A DNA stretch of 63,924 nucleotides, filler included, from Malassezia furfur (GCA_052055015.1; 4 parts of 4 records of this genome joined end to end with filler, not necessarily neighbours in it), one strand, 5' to 3'; positions 46,227 to 57,747 are shown, counted from the whole stretch's first letter. Made by a program: numbers and translations. Notes: generated by a model not told the origin, from the letters alone.

Positions 46227-46927
46227 ATGATGAGCACGCTGCGTCCCCTTGTGCTATGCGGCCCCTCGGGCGTGGGCAAGAGCACGCTGATCAAGCGCCT
46301 CTTTGACGAGTTCCCGAACAAGTTTGGGTTCAGCGTGAGCCGTACGTGTGATGGACTGACCCAGACACCACGCGGAAGATCCGTCCGGGGGAGACGGACG
46401 GCAAGTCGTACCACTTTGTGTCGCGCGACGAGTTCCAGCAGCTGATCAAGCAAGGCGAGTTCCTCGAGTATGCCGAGTTCAGTGGGAACCTGTACGGTAC
46501 CACTGCCAAGGCGGTCCAGAGCGTGAGCTCGTCGGAGCACGGTCACCGCCGGGCAATTCTGGACATCGATTCGCAGGGCGTGAAGCTGATCAAGATGAAC
46601 CACGCGCATCTGAACCCCGTGTATGTCTTCATATCCCCCCCCTCGTACGGCGCGCTGCGCCAGCGCCTCGAAGGGCGGAACACCGATACGGACGAGGCCA
46701 TCACGCGCCGGCTCAAGATGGCGCTGCACGAGCTGCACTACGCGCGCAAGTCGGGCTCGTTTGACTACATCATTGTGAACGACGACCTGAACCGGGCGTA
46801 CGAGCTGCTGCGCAAGGTCGTGCTCGAGACGCCCGACGAGGGTGAATACGACGAGGTGCCGCCCGTGGACGACCACGAGCACGAGGCGCGGCAAGCGCTG
46901 GTGTCGGACGGCGAGCAGCTCGCGTAG
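46227..46927 (+). CDS. GUK1: Guanylate kinase (1 intron)
   Basis: [44 protein letters not shown]. 23-nt intron 46342-46364. Confidence 0.95.
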
Positions 46928-46964
46928 GTAGCCAGGGTAGTGGTCCAGAGCATACAGAGTCTAC

Positions 46965-48734
46965 CTAGGCGCCGATCTTGGCCGAGGCCGCGACATCTGC
47001 GGCGTCGTCGACCTTGGCCTCGACGGTGATCTGGCCGCCGCTGAGCACGACGAGCTCCACGGTGACCGTCTTGGCGCCGCTCGTGGGCACCACGAGCTCG
47101 ACTAACCGCTGGGCGTCCGGCTTGTAGTAGGCCGTCTTGACCTCCTCCGGCTCGAGCGGCTCGTCGTCCTCGTCCTCGTCGTCAAGTGGCTCGGGCTGGA
47201 TGGTGTCGACACGCACCTCGGGCGTCGCCTCGGCAATGCGCAGCAGCGTCGACGCCGCGCCCTCGGCGACCGGGAAGCGCAGCGCGCGGCGCGCGGGCAC
47301 CGGCGTGTTGGCGTCAACGAGCGGTACAAACAGCTGGCCGTCGACGAGCTGCTTCTCGACGCGCTCGGCGTCGGCGCCCTGGGGGGCGTCCAGCACCAGA
47401 CCCACGGGGCGCGCCGTCGCCGGCACGCTCAGCGCGTCGATGTTCTCGCGGCGCGTGTTGGCGAGCGACTCGATAAACTTGCGCTCCTCGGCATCCTTGG
47501 GCACGTGCACGATCGTGTGCGCGTACACGGCGTTGCCGCGCGCAATCACCTGGTCCGAGTCGATCGAGCCGGTGATGTGCGTGTCGCTGTCCTCGGCGAA
47601 CAGGAAGGACAGCTGGTCGACAAGGCCCGGCAGGCGCGCCGAGCCACCGGCGAGCAGCACCTCGTCGATCTGGCACGCGTCGAGCTTGGCCTGCTGGATC
47701 GCCTCGGTGACGTTGGCCGAGGCACGCTGGTACACATTGCCGGCAAGCAGGTTGAAACGCGTGCGGTTCACGCTGCCGCTAAAGTCGAGGCCCTCAGCGA
47801 GCGACTCGACGCTGCACTGCGCCGAGTTGCTGGCGCTCAGCGAGCGCTTGGTGACCTCGGCCTCGTTGCGGAGCTTGGCCCAGGCACGTGCGTCGCCCTC
47901 GCCGATGGTGACCTTGGTCTTCTTGGTGAACTCCTTGGCGAAGTAGTCGACGAGCACGTCGTCGAGCGAGCGCCCGCCAATCGTCTTGTCGTGCACGTAG
48001 GACAGCACCGAGTAGAGGCCCGCGCGGCACGCCACGACGGTCACGTCGAGCGACGAGCCGCCAAAGTCGACGACGACCACGTTGCGGTCGAGCGTCTTTT
48101 CCGGCGCGTACGGCTTGCCCTGGTCGCCGTCGGGGTGCGACGGCAGCTCGCCGCGCGCGCCCGGCTGCGTCAGCCCGTAGGCCACCAGCGTCGAGGCAGC
48201 CACGGGGATCACCTGGAGCACCCGCAGGCCGGCGTCCGCCGCGGCGGTCTCGAGCGCCTTGATCTGCGCGTCGGCCCACCAGATCGGCACGCTGAGCACC
48301 GCGCCGGCGATGGGCACACCCGACAAGAAGTCCTTGGCGGCGCCATACAGCACGCCAATGAAGCGCACCAGCACGTCGTGCGCCGAGAGCACCGTCTCCT
48401 TCCCGTCGATCTCCACGCGGAACGACGGCGTGTCGTTCACGTCGATGACCTGCGCCGACTTGCGCTTCAGCTCCTCGGGCTGCAGCTCCGAGTACTTGCG
48501 CCCGACGAGGTTCACGAAGCCGTCGATCGTGTTCTGCGCGTTGCGCACCAGCTGCGGCGTCGCCTCGTTGCCGGTGTACACCTGGTCACCGTTGAACGAG
48601 ATGCGCGTCGCGATCTGGCGCTCGCCGTTCTCGTTCGCGATCACATCCGCACGGCCGTGCTGGTTGATGCACGCAATACTACCATACGTATTGCCGAGGT
48701 TGATGCCAATGACAGCACCTTCGTCTTGGCTCAT
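46965..48734 (-). CDS. SSZ1: Atypical Hsp70 of the ribosome-associated complex
   Basis: IGINLGNTYGSIA, VIANENGERQI, VVDFGG, SVESLAEGLDF. Truncated, divergent substrate-binding domain. Confidence 0.85.
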   Translation of the reverse strand: MSQDEGAVIGINLGNTYGSIACINQHGRADVIANENGERQIATRISFNGDQVYTGNEATPQLVRNAQNTIDGFVNLVGRKYSELQPEELKRKSAQVIDVNDTPSFRVEIDGKETVLSAHDVLVRFIGVLYGAAKDFLSGVPIAGAVLSVPIWWADAQIKALETAAADAGLRVLQVIPVAASTLVAYGLTQPGARGELPSHPDGDQGKPYAPEKTLDRNVVVVDFGGSSLDVTVVACRAGLYSVLSYVHDKTIGGRSLDDVLVDYFAKEFTKKTKVTIGEGDARAWAKLRNEAEVTKRSLSASNSAQCSVESLAEGLDFSGSVNRTRFNLLAGNVYQRASANVTEAIQQAKLDACQIDEVLLAGGSARLPGLVDQLSFLFAEDSDTHITGSIDSDQVIARGNAVYAHTIVHVPKDAEERKFIESLANTRRENIDALSVPATARPVGLVLDAPQGADAERVEKQLVDGQLFVPLVDANTPVPARRALRFPVAEGAASTLLRIAEATPEVRVDTIQPEPLDDEDEDDEPLEPEEVKTAYYKPDAQRLVELVVPTSGAKTVTVELVVLSGGQITVEAKVDDAADVAASAKIGA

Positions 48735-48801
48735 GATGTCGCGGAAGGAACGAACGGAAAAAAGTGCCGCCGTCTTGCTGACCTAATCCACGTGCCCTGC
48801 T

Positions 48802-50690
48802 CTACGGCGCGACGGGCTCGTCGCCGGTGTCGTACTGCACACGCCGGCGCACCGCGCGGGGGTCCAGCGCGGGGTCCGGCGGCGCGTCCTTGCGCTTGCG
48901 CTCCTCAGAGGCCCCATCGAGGTCCATGTATGCAGCATCGTGGCGCTTCTCCAACTCGCGCCGCGCAAATCGCTCCCACGCCGTGCGCGCCGCCTCCAGG
49001 CCGCCGTCGAGGCGCTCCAACTCGCGGAACTCGGGCAGCGCCCGCAACTGCGGCAGGCTCGCGTCAAACGTCGACGTGGGGTCGAGCGGCGGCTGTGCGC
49101 GCTTCATTGCGTAGCGCAAATCGTCCACCTGGTGCCGCAGGCGCCGCTCGGTGCGCCGCCGCTGGTCGCGCGCGTCGCGCTGCGTCTGGTAGAGCAGCTC
49201 GTCGTAGATCTCGCGCAGCTCATGCTCGGGCAGCGACCGCACCGCACTCGGTGCATTGTCCGCGCGCAGCGCCGCGAGGAACGCGGGCCAGTGCGCGTCG
49301 TCGATCGGCACCGGATGCGTCTGGAGGTGCGCCTGCACCGCCTTGAGGTGCTGCGCAAAGCCGCGCTCCAGCTCGTCCAGCGCGTCGTAGAACAGCTGCT
49401 GCGGCGACGAGCCAGGCACGGTCAGCACCGCATCGACACGCAGGTCGTTGCGGATTTTCGGCACGAACGACGCCCAGGTGCTGCGCGCGGTGAGGACGCC
49501 CTGGGCGATCTGCTCGTCGAGCAGCGCGCGAAAGTCGTCGCGCGCGCGCCGCGCCGCGCGCGCACGCCGGCGCTGCTCCGCCTCGAGCTCGGTCTTTTCG
49601 TGTGCTTCAATGTCCTTCATGTGCGCCTCAAACTGCGCGAGCATCTCGGGGATGGGCATCGCCTGGAGCTGCGCGTCCTGACGGAACTCGTCCGACTCGA
49701 CAATCGTGCGGTGCACGTCGCGCCAGCGCGTCTTGGTATCCATCGCGATCGTTTTGAGCAGCGCGCCGAGGGCGGCCTCGTTGTGGCGCTGCGTCGCGCG
49801 CTCCGCGGCGTCGTGCTTGTCGCGCGCGTCCTTGCGGAGCGACTCGTAGAGTTGCATCGCCAGCTCCTCGTCGCCCTCGACCTCGCTCCAGAAGGAGAAG
49901 GGCGCGAGCTTTTTCTTGAAGGTGGCAAAGCTCGCGTACCACTTGAGTCCGCCGTCGTGCGCGAGCGCCTTGACCATCGCCGGGCGGATGCGCGCCTCCT
50001 TCTCGGCGCGCTCCTCGGCGGCGAGCGTCCGTAGGCGGTCCTGGTACTTGGTAAACGCGGCCTTGCGCTCCGCGAGCGTCTTGAACGCCTTGTACATGGG
50101 GTCCATCACGATCTCGCGAATCGCCTGCTCCCACGTCCACGTCTCGTCGATGCCCTTTTCGCGCAGGAGCTTCATGAACGCGAGCTCTGCGTCGTTGGTG
50201 TTGGTGAAGATGGGCACCGTCTGCGCCGGTGCGGGCGTGCGCGAGGTCGCGCGCACGCCGACCATCGGCGACGCATTGCCCGCGTCCGGCGTGCCCGCAA
50301 ACGGCGTCAAACTCCCGCCGCCCACCGCGGGGCTGCTCGGCGAGGCGCTCGGCGCGACCGCGTGCGGACTTGCCGGGGCGTTCATCGGCACGGCCTCGGG
50401 CGGGTCGTCGGGCACGGTGTCGTAGATGTGTTTGATCTCCGCCGGCATGGTCCACGTCGAGGTCTTCGTGTCGCGGTGCACGTAGTAGCTGCGCTCCCCT
50501 GCCTTGTACACGCGCCAGGGCGTCGCGTCGATCGCGCGCTCCCGCGCCGTCTTGAGCTCCGCCGGCTTGTCCCACACGCTCCGCTTCTCAACCGAGTGGT
50601 ACCAGTACGGCCGACCCTGCGGGGTCCGGTACTCGACCTGCGTCAGCGCCTCCTCCTACGCACCCATCGCGACGTCACGCTGCCGGCCAT
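48802..50690 (-). CDS. PRP40: U1 snRNP factor Prp40 (2 WW + FF domains), 1 intron
   Basis: W|VEYRTPQGRPYWY...SVWDKP, second WW (WRVY..SYYVH..STWTMP) and FF repeats (AELAFMKLL...WTWEQAIR). 26-nt intron 50638-50663. Confidence 0.9.
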
Positions 50691-50749
50691 CGTCGGCGGC
50701 GGGGGAGGACGGCGGGCGTGCACGTGACACACCGCTCGTCTTCGCCACG

Positions 50750-50959
50750 ATGTACGGCGGGGGGGAGCACGACCCGTACCGCGCGCGCAAGCGGTATGCG
50801 CATGACGAATACGATGGGGAGAAGCGTTTCCGACGCGATCCCGATGCAGACATGGATGGCGGGCGCGATGCGTACCGGCGGCGGGACGAGCCGCCGCGCC
50901 GTCGCGACGATTTCCGGGGCGGACGCCGTGGCGGGCCGCGTGTGTCGCCGCCGCCCCCG
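50750..50959 (+). CDS. N-terminal fragment of an Arg/Asp-rich probable RNA-binding or splicing protein (possibly U2AF large subunit), truncated by gap
   Basis: MYGGGEHDPYRARKR...RRRDDFRGGRRGGPRVSPPPP runs into Ns. No diagnostic domain is visible. Confidence 0.45.
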
Positions 50960-51059
50960 NNNNNNNNNNNNNNNNNNNNNNNNNNNNNNNNNNNNNNNNN
51001 NNNTTAATTAATTAANNNNNNNNNNNNNNNNNNNNNNNNNNNNNNNNNNNNNNNNNNNN
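50960..51059. other. Artificial contig-join linker
   Basis: N44-TTAATTAATTAA-N44. Confidence 0.97.
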
Positions 51060-51850
51060 CGCCCGGCCACCAGGCGCACGACGTAGCGCAGGCGCGCATC
51101 CGCCCACGCAAGCAGGCGCGCCACGGCACGCACCACCGCGGCCACCACAGCCCGCGCAGCACCGGCCAACGCCCGGGGGTATCTCGACCAGGCCGCCGGC
51201 GGCGCCGCGGAGGCGGCCTTGTCGGCGGCCTGCGCACGCACCTGGTCGACGAGGTCGGCTCGCTGCACAATGTACCCCAGGCGCTTGAGGTACGCATAGA
51301 TCTGGTAGCGCGCCAACGTCGCGCCGTCGTGGCCCAGCAGCTGCGCATACGCCTGGGCGACGCTGAGCGGCAGGCACGTCGCGTGTGCATCCTCGCTCGG
51401 GATCGTACCGGGCGTGTGGTTCACGCGGCAGTCGAGGGCGCCGCGCTCGATCAGGTACACGGCCTCCTCGGGGAAGAGCTCAAGGTGCGTCGCCGTTCGC
51501 CCGTCCGGCAGCGTCCGGCGCTGCGTCGCGCCGACGTGCGTGCACGACTGCCCGCGCTGCACAAACACAAACGCGCGGCGCAGCACAGGATCCCACGTCG
51601 CGGTACTCAGCGACCGGCTCGAGTGCGCGCGCTCGGTGCGGATCGCGGAAAAGAGCGCGTCGCGGCTCAGCGCGAGCGCCTTGGACTGCCCGCCAAAACC
51701 GGTCGGCTCAAAATCTTTCTCGCCACGCTTGGGGATCACGGGCGCCTCGGCGCCCGGCTTGTGCCGCTGCGCCAGCGCGGCGAGCACGCGGTAGTCCGGC
51801 ATGTCCTCTTCCGCATCCGACGCGTCCTGGCGCGCCGCGTCGTCCGCCAT
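51060..51850 (-). CDS. SEN54: tRNA-splicing endonuclease subunit Sen54, 3' end lost in gap
   Basis: IPKRGEKDFEP, LFPEEAVYLIERG and YQIYAYLKRLGYIV. Confidence 0.88.
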
Positions 51851-51947
51851 GGTCGACACGAGGCTGAGTCAGCGTGCGCAGGACCCGGCGCGGCGGCCCT
51901 GGACCCTGGCGCACAACCCCCCCCTCCCTTCCCCCTCACGCCCCACC

Positions 51948-54476
51948 ATGGACGCGTGGGACGACGCGCCGCGCACCAACCACACCGGGCCGCTGCCAGG
52001 CCCGGTGGGGCAGGAATTCAAGGGACCCTGGCTCCAGCAGCAGATCTGGTTCTCGTGCGCAATCGGGTGCGTGTCGCTGCTCGTGTTCTGGGTGTGGAAG
52101 CAGCGCTACCCCGCGCTGTACCTCGGGCGCTACCGGCAGCAGGGCGCCGCCCTGCCGTACGCCACGATCCGCAGCAGCCTCGTACGCTGGGTGGTGCCCG
52201 TGCTGCTGTACGCAGACCACAGCGTGCTGCACACCGTCGGCCTCGACGGCGCCGTGGCGCTCCTCTTCCTCAAGATGGGCTTTGCCTACTTTACGCTGCT
52301 CAGCATCTGGTCCGCGCTCGTGCTGATGCCGGTCAACTACCACGCCAACGGCTGGATCGACGGCGTAAAGAAGAGCGAGGGACTCGGCAAGCACCCCAAC
52401 CGCACCGCACTCCCCACCGAGCTCGGCGCGGGCGGACAGGCGCAGCCCCCGCTGCCCTACGTGCCGCTGCCGCACATGCTGACGCGCGACACGCTGTACG
52501 AGCTGACGCACCTGGTCAGCACGTACGTGTACGCACTGCTCGCCCTGTACGTGCTCTGGCGCACCTACTCGGTGTTCATCCGCTTCCGCCAGGGGCACAT
52601 CCAGGAGCAGGTGCACAACGTCGTGACGCGCACCGTCGAGGTGCGCGAGATCCCCAGCCACCTCGCGATGCCCGACGCACTGCGCGCCTACTTCTCCGAG
52701 CTCCGCATGGACGTCGCGAGCATCAGCATCCTCCAGGACACGCGGCAGCTCGACGCACTGCTCCTCCAGCGCGTCGAGGCACTCGAGCGCCTGGAGCGCA
52801 CATGGGCCGCATACGTCGGCGACCCCGCCGACGCCGCCCACTACGACCCGGACACGATCGCCCACGAAACGCTCGCGATCGACGCCGCGCCGACGCCGCG
52901 CGCCCCGCCGGTGGTCGGCGCCTCCGTCCAGACGCGCCGCGCACGGCCAACGTTGCGCGCGCCAGGCTCCGCGCCGTGGCCCTGGGCGCCCCGCGTGGAC
53001 CGCATCGACGCCCTCTCCTTCCAGTTTGCCGAGCTCGACCGCGCGGTGCAGGCGCGGCGCGCCGAGCCCTTCCGCCACGGCCACACGGCGTTTGTGACGT
53101 TTGAGCAGGCGACGCACGCACAGATCGCGAGCCAGGTGGTGCACTACCCGCGCCCGGGCTACTGCCTCACCGAGCCAGCCGTCGAGCCGCGCGACATCAT
53201 CTGGGTGAACGAGGAGCCGGGCGTGTGGGACCGCCGCGTGCGGCAGCTGCTCATGACGCTCCTCATGGCGATGCTCCTCTCGCTGACGCTCGGCCTCAGC
53301 GCGACGCTCGCCGCCATCTTCCGCATGGACACGATCGAGCGGTACGCGCCGTGGCTCGCCGACGCCTTGCGCAAGAACGTGCGTCTCGAGGCGTTTGCCA
53401 CGTACTCGCTGCCCACCCTGCTGCTCGTCGCGATCAACGCGCTGGTGCCGATCGCGATGCAGTACTCCACCCTGTTCCAGCGCGTCCGCTCGCGCTCGCG
53501 CATCGACCACGGCGTGCTGAACAAGTACTTCTTGTACCTCGTGTTCTCCGTGGTGTTCGTGTTCGCCTTTTCCGACGCGCGGCAGATGCTCAAGGAGCTC
53601 ACCGAGAGCCCGGAGCGGATGATCGACAACCTCGCCCAGTCGCTCCTGCCCGTCGCCCGCAACTTTTCGCTAAGCTACGTCGTGTTCCAGGGGCTCGCCA
53701 TGCAGCCGTTCCAGCTCGTGCAGCTGCCCAGCATCCTGCTCCAGCTCGTGTACCGCGTGCTCTACGTCCGCACACCCCGCACGCGCGCGCACGCCGACCA
53801 GCCGCCGGTGCTGTCGGTCGGCACGCTCTACCCGCAGGCGCTGCTCATCTTCACCCTCAGCATCCTCTACTCGATCGTCTCGCCGCTGATCGTGGTGTTT
53901 GGCGCCGTGTACTTTGCCGTGGCATACATCGTGCTCAAGTACCAGCTGCTCAACGTGCTCACCATCCCGTACGACTCGCACGGGCATGCGTGGCCCTTGG
54001 CCGTGACACGCTGCATTTGGGCGTTGCTGCTCTTCGAGACGTTCGAGCTGTCGCTCTTCTCGGTGCGCCAGCAGGTCGTCAACAGCGTCCTGGTGCTGCC
54101 GCTCATCGCCTTCACCGTGTGGTTCTTGCTGCACGTCCAGCGCACGTTTGCACCACTCACGTCGCACCTCGGCCTGTACGACATCTACACGGCCTACGAC
54201 GAAGAACCCGCCAGTGCGTCACACACCGAGGCCCCGGCGGACGACACACCGCCGGCAGACGACCCGGACGATGACGCGCATGAGCTCAGCCCGCACGAGG
54301 AGCCCGTGTACGAACCGTACGAGCCCTACGAGCCTTACGAGCCCGCCCTGTCCGACAACCACGCAGGGCTCCTCCGCGAGCCCATGTCCAAGTACGGGCA
54401 GCCCGCCATCACGGGGCGCCTGCCCTCGCTCTGGCTCCCGGCACCCAAGCACGCCGCCGACGACGTACAGCCATAG
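51948..54476 (+). CDS. OSCA/TMEM63/CSC1-family calcium-permeable channel (Rsn1/Spo75-like)
   Basis: GLDGAVALLFLKM, VLMPVN, TAFVTF, AVEPRDIIW, YSIVSPLIVVFG, KYQLL and SHGHAWP. Confidence 0.9.
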   Translation: MDAWDDAPRTNHTGPLPGPVGQEFKGPWLQQQIWFSCAIGCVSLLVFWVWKQRYPALYLGRYRQQGAALPYATIRSSLVRWVVPVLLYADHSVLHTVGLDGAVALLFLKMGFAYFTLLSIWSALVLMPVNYHANGWIDGVKKSEGLGKHPNRTALPTELGAGGQAQPPLPYVPLPHMLTRDTLYELTHLVSTYVYALLALYVLWRTYSVFIRFRQGHIQEQVHNVVTRTVEVREIPSHLAMPDALRAYFSELRMDVASISILQDTRQLDALLLQRVEALERLERTWAAYVGDPADAAHYDPDTIAHETLAIDAAPTPRAPPVVGASVQTRRARPTLRAPGSAPWPWAPRVDRIDALSFQFAELDRAVQARRAEPFRHGHTAFVTFEQATHAQIASQVVHYPRPGYCLTEPAVEPRDIIWVNEEPGVWDRRVRQLLMTLLMAMLLSLTLGLSATLAAIFRMDTIERYAPWLADALRKNVRLEAFATYSLPTLLLVAINALVPIAMQYSTLFQRVRSRSRIDHGVLNKYFLYLVFSVVFVFAFSDARQMLKELTESPERMIDNLAQSLLPVARNFSLSYVVFQGLAMQPFQLVQLPSILLQLVYRVLYVRTPRTRAHADQPPVLSVGTLYPQALLIFTLSILYSIVSPLIVVFGAVYFAVAYIVLKYQLLNVLTIPYDSHGHAWPLAVTRCIWALLLFETFELSLFSVRQQVVNSVLVLPLIAFTVWFLLHVQRTFAPLTSHLGLYDIYTAYDEEPASASHTEAPADDTPPADDPDDDAHELSPHEEPVYEPYEPYEPYEPALSDNHAGLLREPMSKYGQPAITGRLPSLWLPAPKHAADDVQP
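54309..54344. repeat. 9-bp x4 coding microrepeat (YEP)4
   Basis: tacgaaccg tacgagccc tacgagcct tacgagccc. Confidence 0.7.
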
Positions 54477-54481
54477 ACCCA

Positions 54482-55483
54482 TTATCCGAGACGAACCGCA
54501 TTGGCCCCACTGGCAAACTTGGCACGCTTCGCAGGCGGCGCACCCGCCGGCGCCGCACGCCGCCCCACCACAGGCGGCGCCTCCGCCGGCCCCGCGTCCG
54601 CCGCCTCGGCCTGCTTGCGCTTCTGCGCCTCGGCCTGCGGCTTGACGTGCTTCTCGAAGTGCTTCTGCCGCTCTTTCTCCAGGTCCGCATTCTTCGCTTG
54701 GATCTTCTTCTTGCGCGTCTCGCTCTTGCCTCCGCCCCCGGCCGTCAGCTCAACATTGATTTGGCGGCCGTGGAACATGGAATGGTGGAACCGCAGCCCT
54801 TTCTGCAGCGCCACAGGCGTCGAAAACTCGACAAACGCACACCCACGCGACACCGGCGCCGACGGATCACGCGCCTTGCCTTTGGCAATCGACTTCTTCT
54901 TCGAGTTGGACAGACCTTCCAACGCACGGGGGTCGGCCCGCTTCGTCAACAGACGCACCTGCGGCGTCTCTCCGCACGTCTCGGCGAAATGCTTCGCCAG
55001 CATCTCGGCCGTGACGTCAAACGCCATGTTGCCTGCCGTTAGCGAAAGAGCGGCCTACGCACCGACAAACACAATGTATTTCTGCCCAGGCTTGGACGCC
55101 GTCTCGGAGGGCATGGGCGTGGGCGCGACCGTCACTTCCTCGGCCTCGCCGTCATCGTTAAACACCGTTCGCGTCGGTGCACCCTCGCCACCCGCGACAG
55201 ACGCCTCGCTCTTGCGTTTCTTCGCTTTTTTCTTGGACGAGGAAGGCACAGCAGGCTCACGCTCCGCCGACGCAGGCGCGTCGTCCCCGCGGGCGTCAGC
55301 TACATCGGCCGCCTCACTGACAGATGCCTCGGCAGACCCCGGCTCCTTCCCGTCGTCGTCTACGACCGCCTCGGACACAGCATCTGCATGCACAGACTCT
55401 TTCTCCGGAACCTGTGCATCGACACCCGCTTTCCGCGCACGGAATTTGGCCGCCTTCTTCTCCCGTTTTGTCGTGCCGGCCAT
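54482..55483 (-). CDS. NOP6: Nucleolar RRM protein Nop6 (1 intron)
   Basis: YIVFVG|NMAF, SRGCAFVEF, HHSMFHGRQINVELTAGGGGKS. 30-nt intron 55033-55062. Confidence 0.85.
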
Positions 55484-55654
55484 ACTCCTGCACTCGAAAA
55501 CGACGGTCAGGTGGAGGTTGCAAAAATTTGGGCCCAAATTCACGCACCCAGCCCCTTCGGCGCACGGTGCCGCCCTTGGGGTACCTTCGTTCGCACCTGC
55601 CTACATCTATAGGCTTTTTGTAGCATACAAGGACATGGACGTTGTGGGGCACCT

Positions 55655-56194
55655 TCACCACACACGGCACTGTGCCAAGAGAGACAGGACGGTCGCCAGC
55701 TTGGCTTGCTCCGCGTCCATATCGAGCATCTCATCATCCATCGATGTCCGTCGGAGCGCCAGGCCCACAACCACCGGTTTGATCGAGCCCAGCATCGATT
55801 CCGGCGTGTACAGGTCCGCACAGATCCGCGCAGCAATCTGGGTCGCATACAACGCATACAGATCCGCCAGACCGCTCGGCGGTGCGCCAAAGAGCGGCAC
55901 CAGCGTCACCGTGGGGGACACCATCGCATCACGATGATGGGACTGCAAAAACTCAGCGGTCTGTTCACCGGGGTTGACGAGCGCTTGCACCTGCATAAGC
56001 GTGTGCGTAGGATGACGTACCAGGTAGCCGACCTTTTCCAGCTGCGTCACGAGCACGAGCGTGCGGTCGTCGTACTCTTGGCAAAACACGGTAAGATCCT
56101 GTCCGCCAGACGCCCCCGTATGCTGTGCTGTGCGCAGCACATTGTGCGCCAGTGGCTCGACGTGCACGCCCGTCGTCAAAGCGGGGGTGACCAT
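55655..56194 (-). CDS. Proteasome assembly chaperone 3 (PAC3/PSMG3)-like
   Basis: YDDRTLVLVTQLEKVGYL, LYATQIA and VVVGLALR. Probable in-frame 30-nt intron 55991-56020. Confidence 0.7.
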   Translation of the reverse strand: MVTPALTTGVHVEPLAHNVLRTAQHTGASGGQDLTVFCQEYDDRTLVLVTQLEKVGYLVRHPTHTLMQVQALVNPGEQTAEFLQSHHRDAMVSPTVTLVPLFGAPPSGLADLYALYATQIAARICADLYTPESMLGSIKPVVVGLALRRTSMDDEMLDMDAEQAKLATVLSLLAQCRVW

Positions 56195-56269
56195 GGACGT
56201 GGAGGCGACGCCGGCCGTACGACAAAACGCCTCAAATTGGCACTAGGGGACAATTTTCCTCGAAAGTAT

Positions 56270-56376
56270 GGTAGGATGGCCGAGTGGTCTAAGGCGCTTG
56301 ATTCAAGTATTGTTGGATATTTCGACGCATGGTCGTTGCTCCCAAGTTATCCTGGGTTCGAATCCCAGTTCTACCA
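56270..56376 (+). tRNA. tRNA-Leu(CAA) with about 33-nt intron; apparently short variable loop
   Basis: GGTAGGA/TTCTACC acceptor + A73, TGGCCGAGTGGTCTAAGGCG D-arm, CTTGA-TT-CAA-G, CTGGG-TTCGAAT-CCCAG T-arm. T7 terminator at 56381-56387. Confidence 0.85.
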
Positions 56377-56475
56377 CATCTTTTTTTCGGCCCTGGAGTC
56401 CTGCCACGTGGGTGGGCGCGCCCTGAAATCAAGCAGGCACGCACAAGATCCGTTAGCCCTCTTTCCATTCCCGCC

Positions 56476-57708
56476 ATGACGGAAAATCGCCATATTGTGA
56501 TTGTAGGCGGTGGTATCATTGGCTCGAGCATTGCGTACTTCTTGAGCCGCGCAAAGAACTGCCCGGCCGTTACGCTGCTGGAATCGAGCAAAGCGGTGGC
56601 TCCGGGCGCCTCCGGCAAGGCCGGTGGGTTTTTGGCCTTGGACTGGCACGGCACCTCCACGGCGAGCCTGGCGGCACTGAGTTACGAGCTGCACCGCAAA
56701 TTGGCCAAGGAACATAACGGCGCAGAGCGCTGGGGTTATCGCCAGGTGGATGTACGTATCGACGCGCATTAACCCAGACCCACAACCTGCGCCTTGACAC
56801 CTCGCGCAAGCCGCGCACCAAGCCGAAGGTCTCGTGGATGAACCCCAACGTGTTCACCACCACCAGTCCCATGGGCGGCGGTGGCTCCACTGCGCAGGTC
56901 ACGCCCGGCGAGCTGACCAAGTTCCTCGTGGAGCAGTCGCAGGCAGAGGGTGTTCAGGTACGCCTGCAGACCAAGGCGGTGGGCCTCGTCATAGACGACA
57001 ACAAAGTCAAGGGCGTCCAGGTGGAATCCAACGGCAAGGAGGAAACGCTTCCCGCGACCGACGTCGTGCTGGCGACGGGGTACGTAGCCGCCCGGCGAAC
57101 TAACGCAGCCCCTGGACCGGCAAGGTGCTCAATCAGTGGTTCACGCCCGAAACCCTCCCGTCCTTCCTGCGCACGGCGGCCATGATCGATGGAAGCCGCG
57201 CACACAGCATCGTGATTCAGGCGGCGAAGAACCACCAGTTGTCGGCCGACTGCTTCTTCTCGGAGATGAGCTACGGCAACTCGGCCGGTGCGCCCGAGCT
57301 GTACATCCGCCCCAAGGGCGAGGCCTACATCTCGGGCGGCTCGGACGACGTGCCGCTGCCCGAGCTGGCGGACGACGTGTCGTACGACCCGCGCCTCACC
57401 AAGGAGCTGCAGCGCCAGGCGGCCGTCGTCTCGCCCGAATACCTCGACGTGAGCAAGGATGCCGAGCTCAAGACCGAGCAGGCGGTACGTATACGTGCCC
57501 ACAGCGTGCTGACCCTCAGTGCTACCTCCCGCTCTCGCCGCGCACCGCCGCGCCGATCCTGGGCGGCAACGCGGACATGGGCATCTTTGTCGCTGCTGGC
57601 CACTCGGTGTGGGGCATCAACAACAGCCTGGGCACCGGCAAGGTCATGGCCGAACTCCTCTTGGACGGCAAGGCGACCAGTGCCGACATCCGCCACCTGC
57701 AGCCGTGA
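56476..57708 (+). CDS. TDA3: FAD-dependent oxidoreductase, DAO family (Tda3/Btn3-like), 3 introns
   Basis: IVIVGGGIIG, GASGKAGGFLALDW, ATG|PW, AGHSVWGINNSLGTGKVMAELL. Introns 56752-56777, 57080-57108, 57485-57519. Confidence 0.8.
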
Positions 57709-57747
57709 ACGGGGATGCACCGGATTTTTGGATCCTCTATGTATATA

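Noticed and set aside
56270..56376. TCA anticodon (selenocysteine or opal suppressor) or UUG reassignment
   Set aside because: The cloverleaf register places CAA at 34-36, and conserved Leu positions in histone H4 use TTG.
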